Below are positions 62,311 to 63,989 of a stretch of DNA of 63,989 bases, piece by piece. The position numbers and the translations under genes are program-made. The stretch comes from Chiloscyllium plagiosum (taxonomy: Eukaryota): contig NC_057754.1 of NCBI RefSeq assembly GCF_004010195.1, positions 9,049,739 to 9,113,727 on the forward strand, written 5' to 3'. The notes beneath the pieces were generated by a model. The model was given only the letters and a program-made list of their open reading frames with translations. It ran no database searches and was not told where the DNA came from. The first letter of the stretch is position 1; each line of letters opens with the position of its first letter.

Positions 62311-63989
62311 GACAGTCATTCAATTTATCAGAACCTAAATCTCACTGGCATTTTGATCGTGGAAAGAAAAGTATCTGCTGTGTCTATTTCTCGAGGCCTT
62401 GGGATCTTTCTATGCATCCTATTAATTAACATTCCAAAGTTACTGGTTATACTCCTTTGGATCTGTCCCAGACTTGCTCATCTCTAAGGACTGCTTGAAT
62501 TCTGTTATTTATTGCATTCCATGTACTATCTCTGTCAAATTCAGTTATTCCTCTTATATTTTCCATTGTCTAAATTATATATGTAAAAAATACAAAAGAC
62601 AGTTGGTCTTAACTAACTGCTATAAGATTTGTAATATGAATTAACGTTAAAATGTTCATTATAAAATGTAGAGTTATACAGGTACTTCTACTGTTAGCAC
62701 TTGGTGATTAATAATTGCAAGCAGTCTATTTCATTCAGGGCTTACCACTATTTTTATAGTTAAGGAAAGCATTTCTTGAGACTAATTAATTTTCACATCT
62801 ATGTTTAAATGCTTTTCCCCTAATGCTTCTATTATATGTTAGCTATATGTGTATCTATACTTAGGAGAAAGTGAAGACTGTAGATGTTGGAGATTAGAGT
62901 GGATTAGTATGGATACAAAAAGTGTGGTGCTGGAAAAGCACAGTGGGTTATGCTGCCTGACCGGCTTTTCCAGCACCACACTTTTTGTATCCATACTTAT
63001 GTTGAATCTATCTCTATGAATATCTGAGGAATCTTTAACCACAACCTATTTTATTAATATTGTGAATAACTTCAAAGAAGCAACTAATTACTACAAAATA
63101 ACTTTAGCTGTTGTTTTCATGGTTGCTTAATGAGTTAGGTGCTTTGGTTAATGGGCTGAGATTTTGACCCCTTGTTTTAATTGGTGCTTTTTACCTAATG
63201 GGACAACATCCATTCATTAATGAGGCTTTAATCAATTATTTGTCTATCCTTAGACAGCCTGTTATCAAACTGTCTCAAATGGTTGTTTGCAGGGTCCCTT
63301 ATTGACCTTGGAATAGCCCTGTTCAAAGATACCATTATGTTGCACTTAAATATTGTAACAGGCTGTTTCATTCTGTTTAATACTTGTTGGCCATTTTGTG
63401 TCTTTCAAACATGGGCCGTCCTTACAGGTCTAGACAGAGTAAAGGATGTTTCTGATGACTAGGGTGTCCAGAACCAGAGATCACAGTCTAAGGATAAGGA
63501 GTAGATTATTCAGAACTGAGATGAGGAGAACCCAGAGAATGGTGAGCCTGTGAAATTTTCTGTCCCCAAAATTGGTTGAGGCAAAACCATTGAATGTATT
63601 CATTAACGAGTTAGATGTAAAATCAGAAATTGCTAGAGAAATGTTTTAGGTCCAGTGAAGTTCTCTCCATGAATGCTGTCAGACCAACTGGATTTCTCCA
63701 GCAATTCCTATTTTTGCTTTAGATTTCCAGCATCTGCAGTTTTAAGGACTTACATACAGTTCTTAGCGCTGAAAGGATAAAAGGCTATAGGGACAAAGCA
63801 GAATCAGGGGACTGAGTTTGATGATTCTCTTTGATTGTATTGATTGGTGAAGCATGCTCAAAGGTTTTCAGATAACAACTCCAGAATTGGTGGTTTGGTG
63901 GACAGTTAAGAAGGTTATCTAAGATTACAAAGACTTTTGAGTATAGGTGTTGAGACATTATGCTGAGATTGTACAGGATGTTGGTGAAG

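Overview
This is vertebrate DNA, almost certainly from an elasmobranch (shark), judging by the HE1-type V-SINEs, abundant CR1/HER1 LINEs and Penelope-like elements. It is a repeat-dense stretch of a KRAB-less C2H2 zinc-finger gene cluster. There is one intact ZNF ORF (38307-39197, minus), one long frameshifted ZNF array (~16559-18320) and several ZNF relics, plus three similar CpG-island promoters with NRF1/CCAAT/GC-box motifs. Other contents are a tRNA-Arg(ACG) gene, a full-length decayed Gmr1-type Gypsy LTR element (integrase before RT), a 2.4-kb hAT transposon with an 8-bp TSD, and an L1 whose 5' end and TSD flank an assembly gap. The most unusual signals are: (i) a 45-bp tandem array with six perfect YY1 sites just downstream of a ZNF-type promoter; (ii) many short Penelope-derived insertions with 11-16-bp TSDs that carry minimal hammerhead-ribozyme cores, often as inverted pairs; and (iii) a hairpin-dense ~400-nt segment running divergently from the tRNA gene. 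All calls were made by eye with no database searches, and repeat boundaries without TSDs are approximate.
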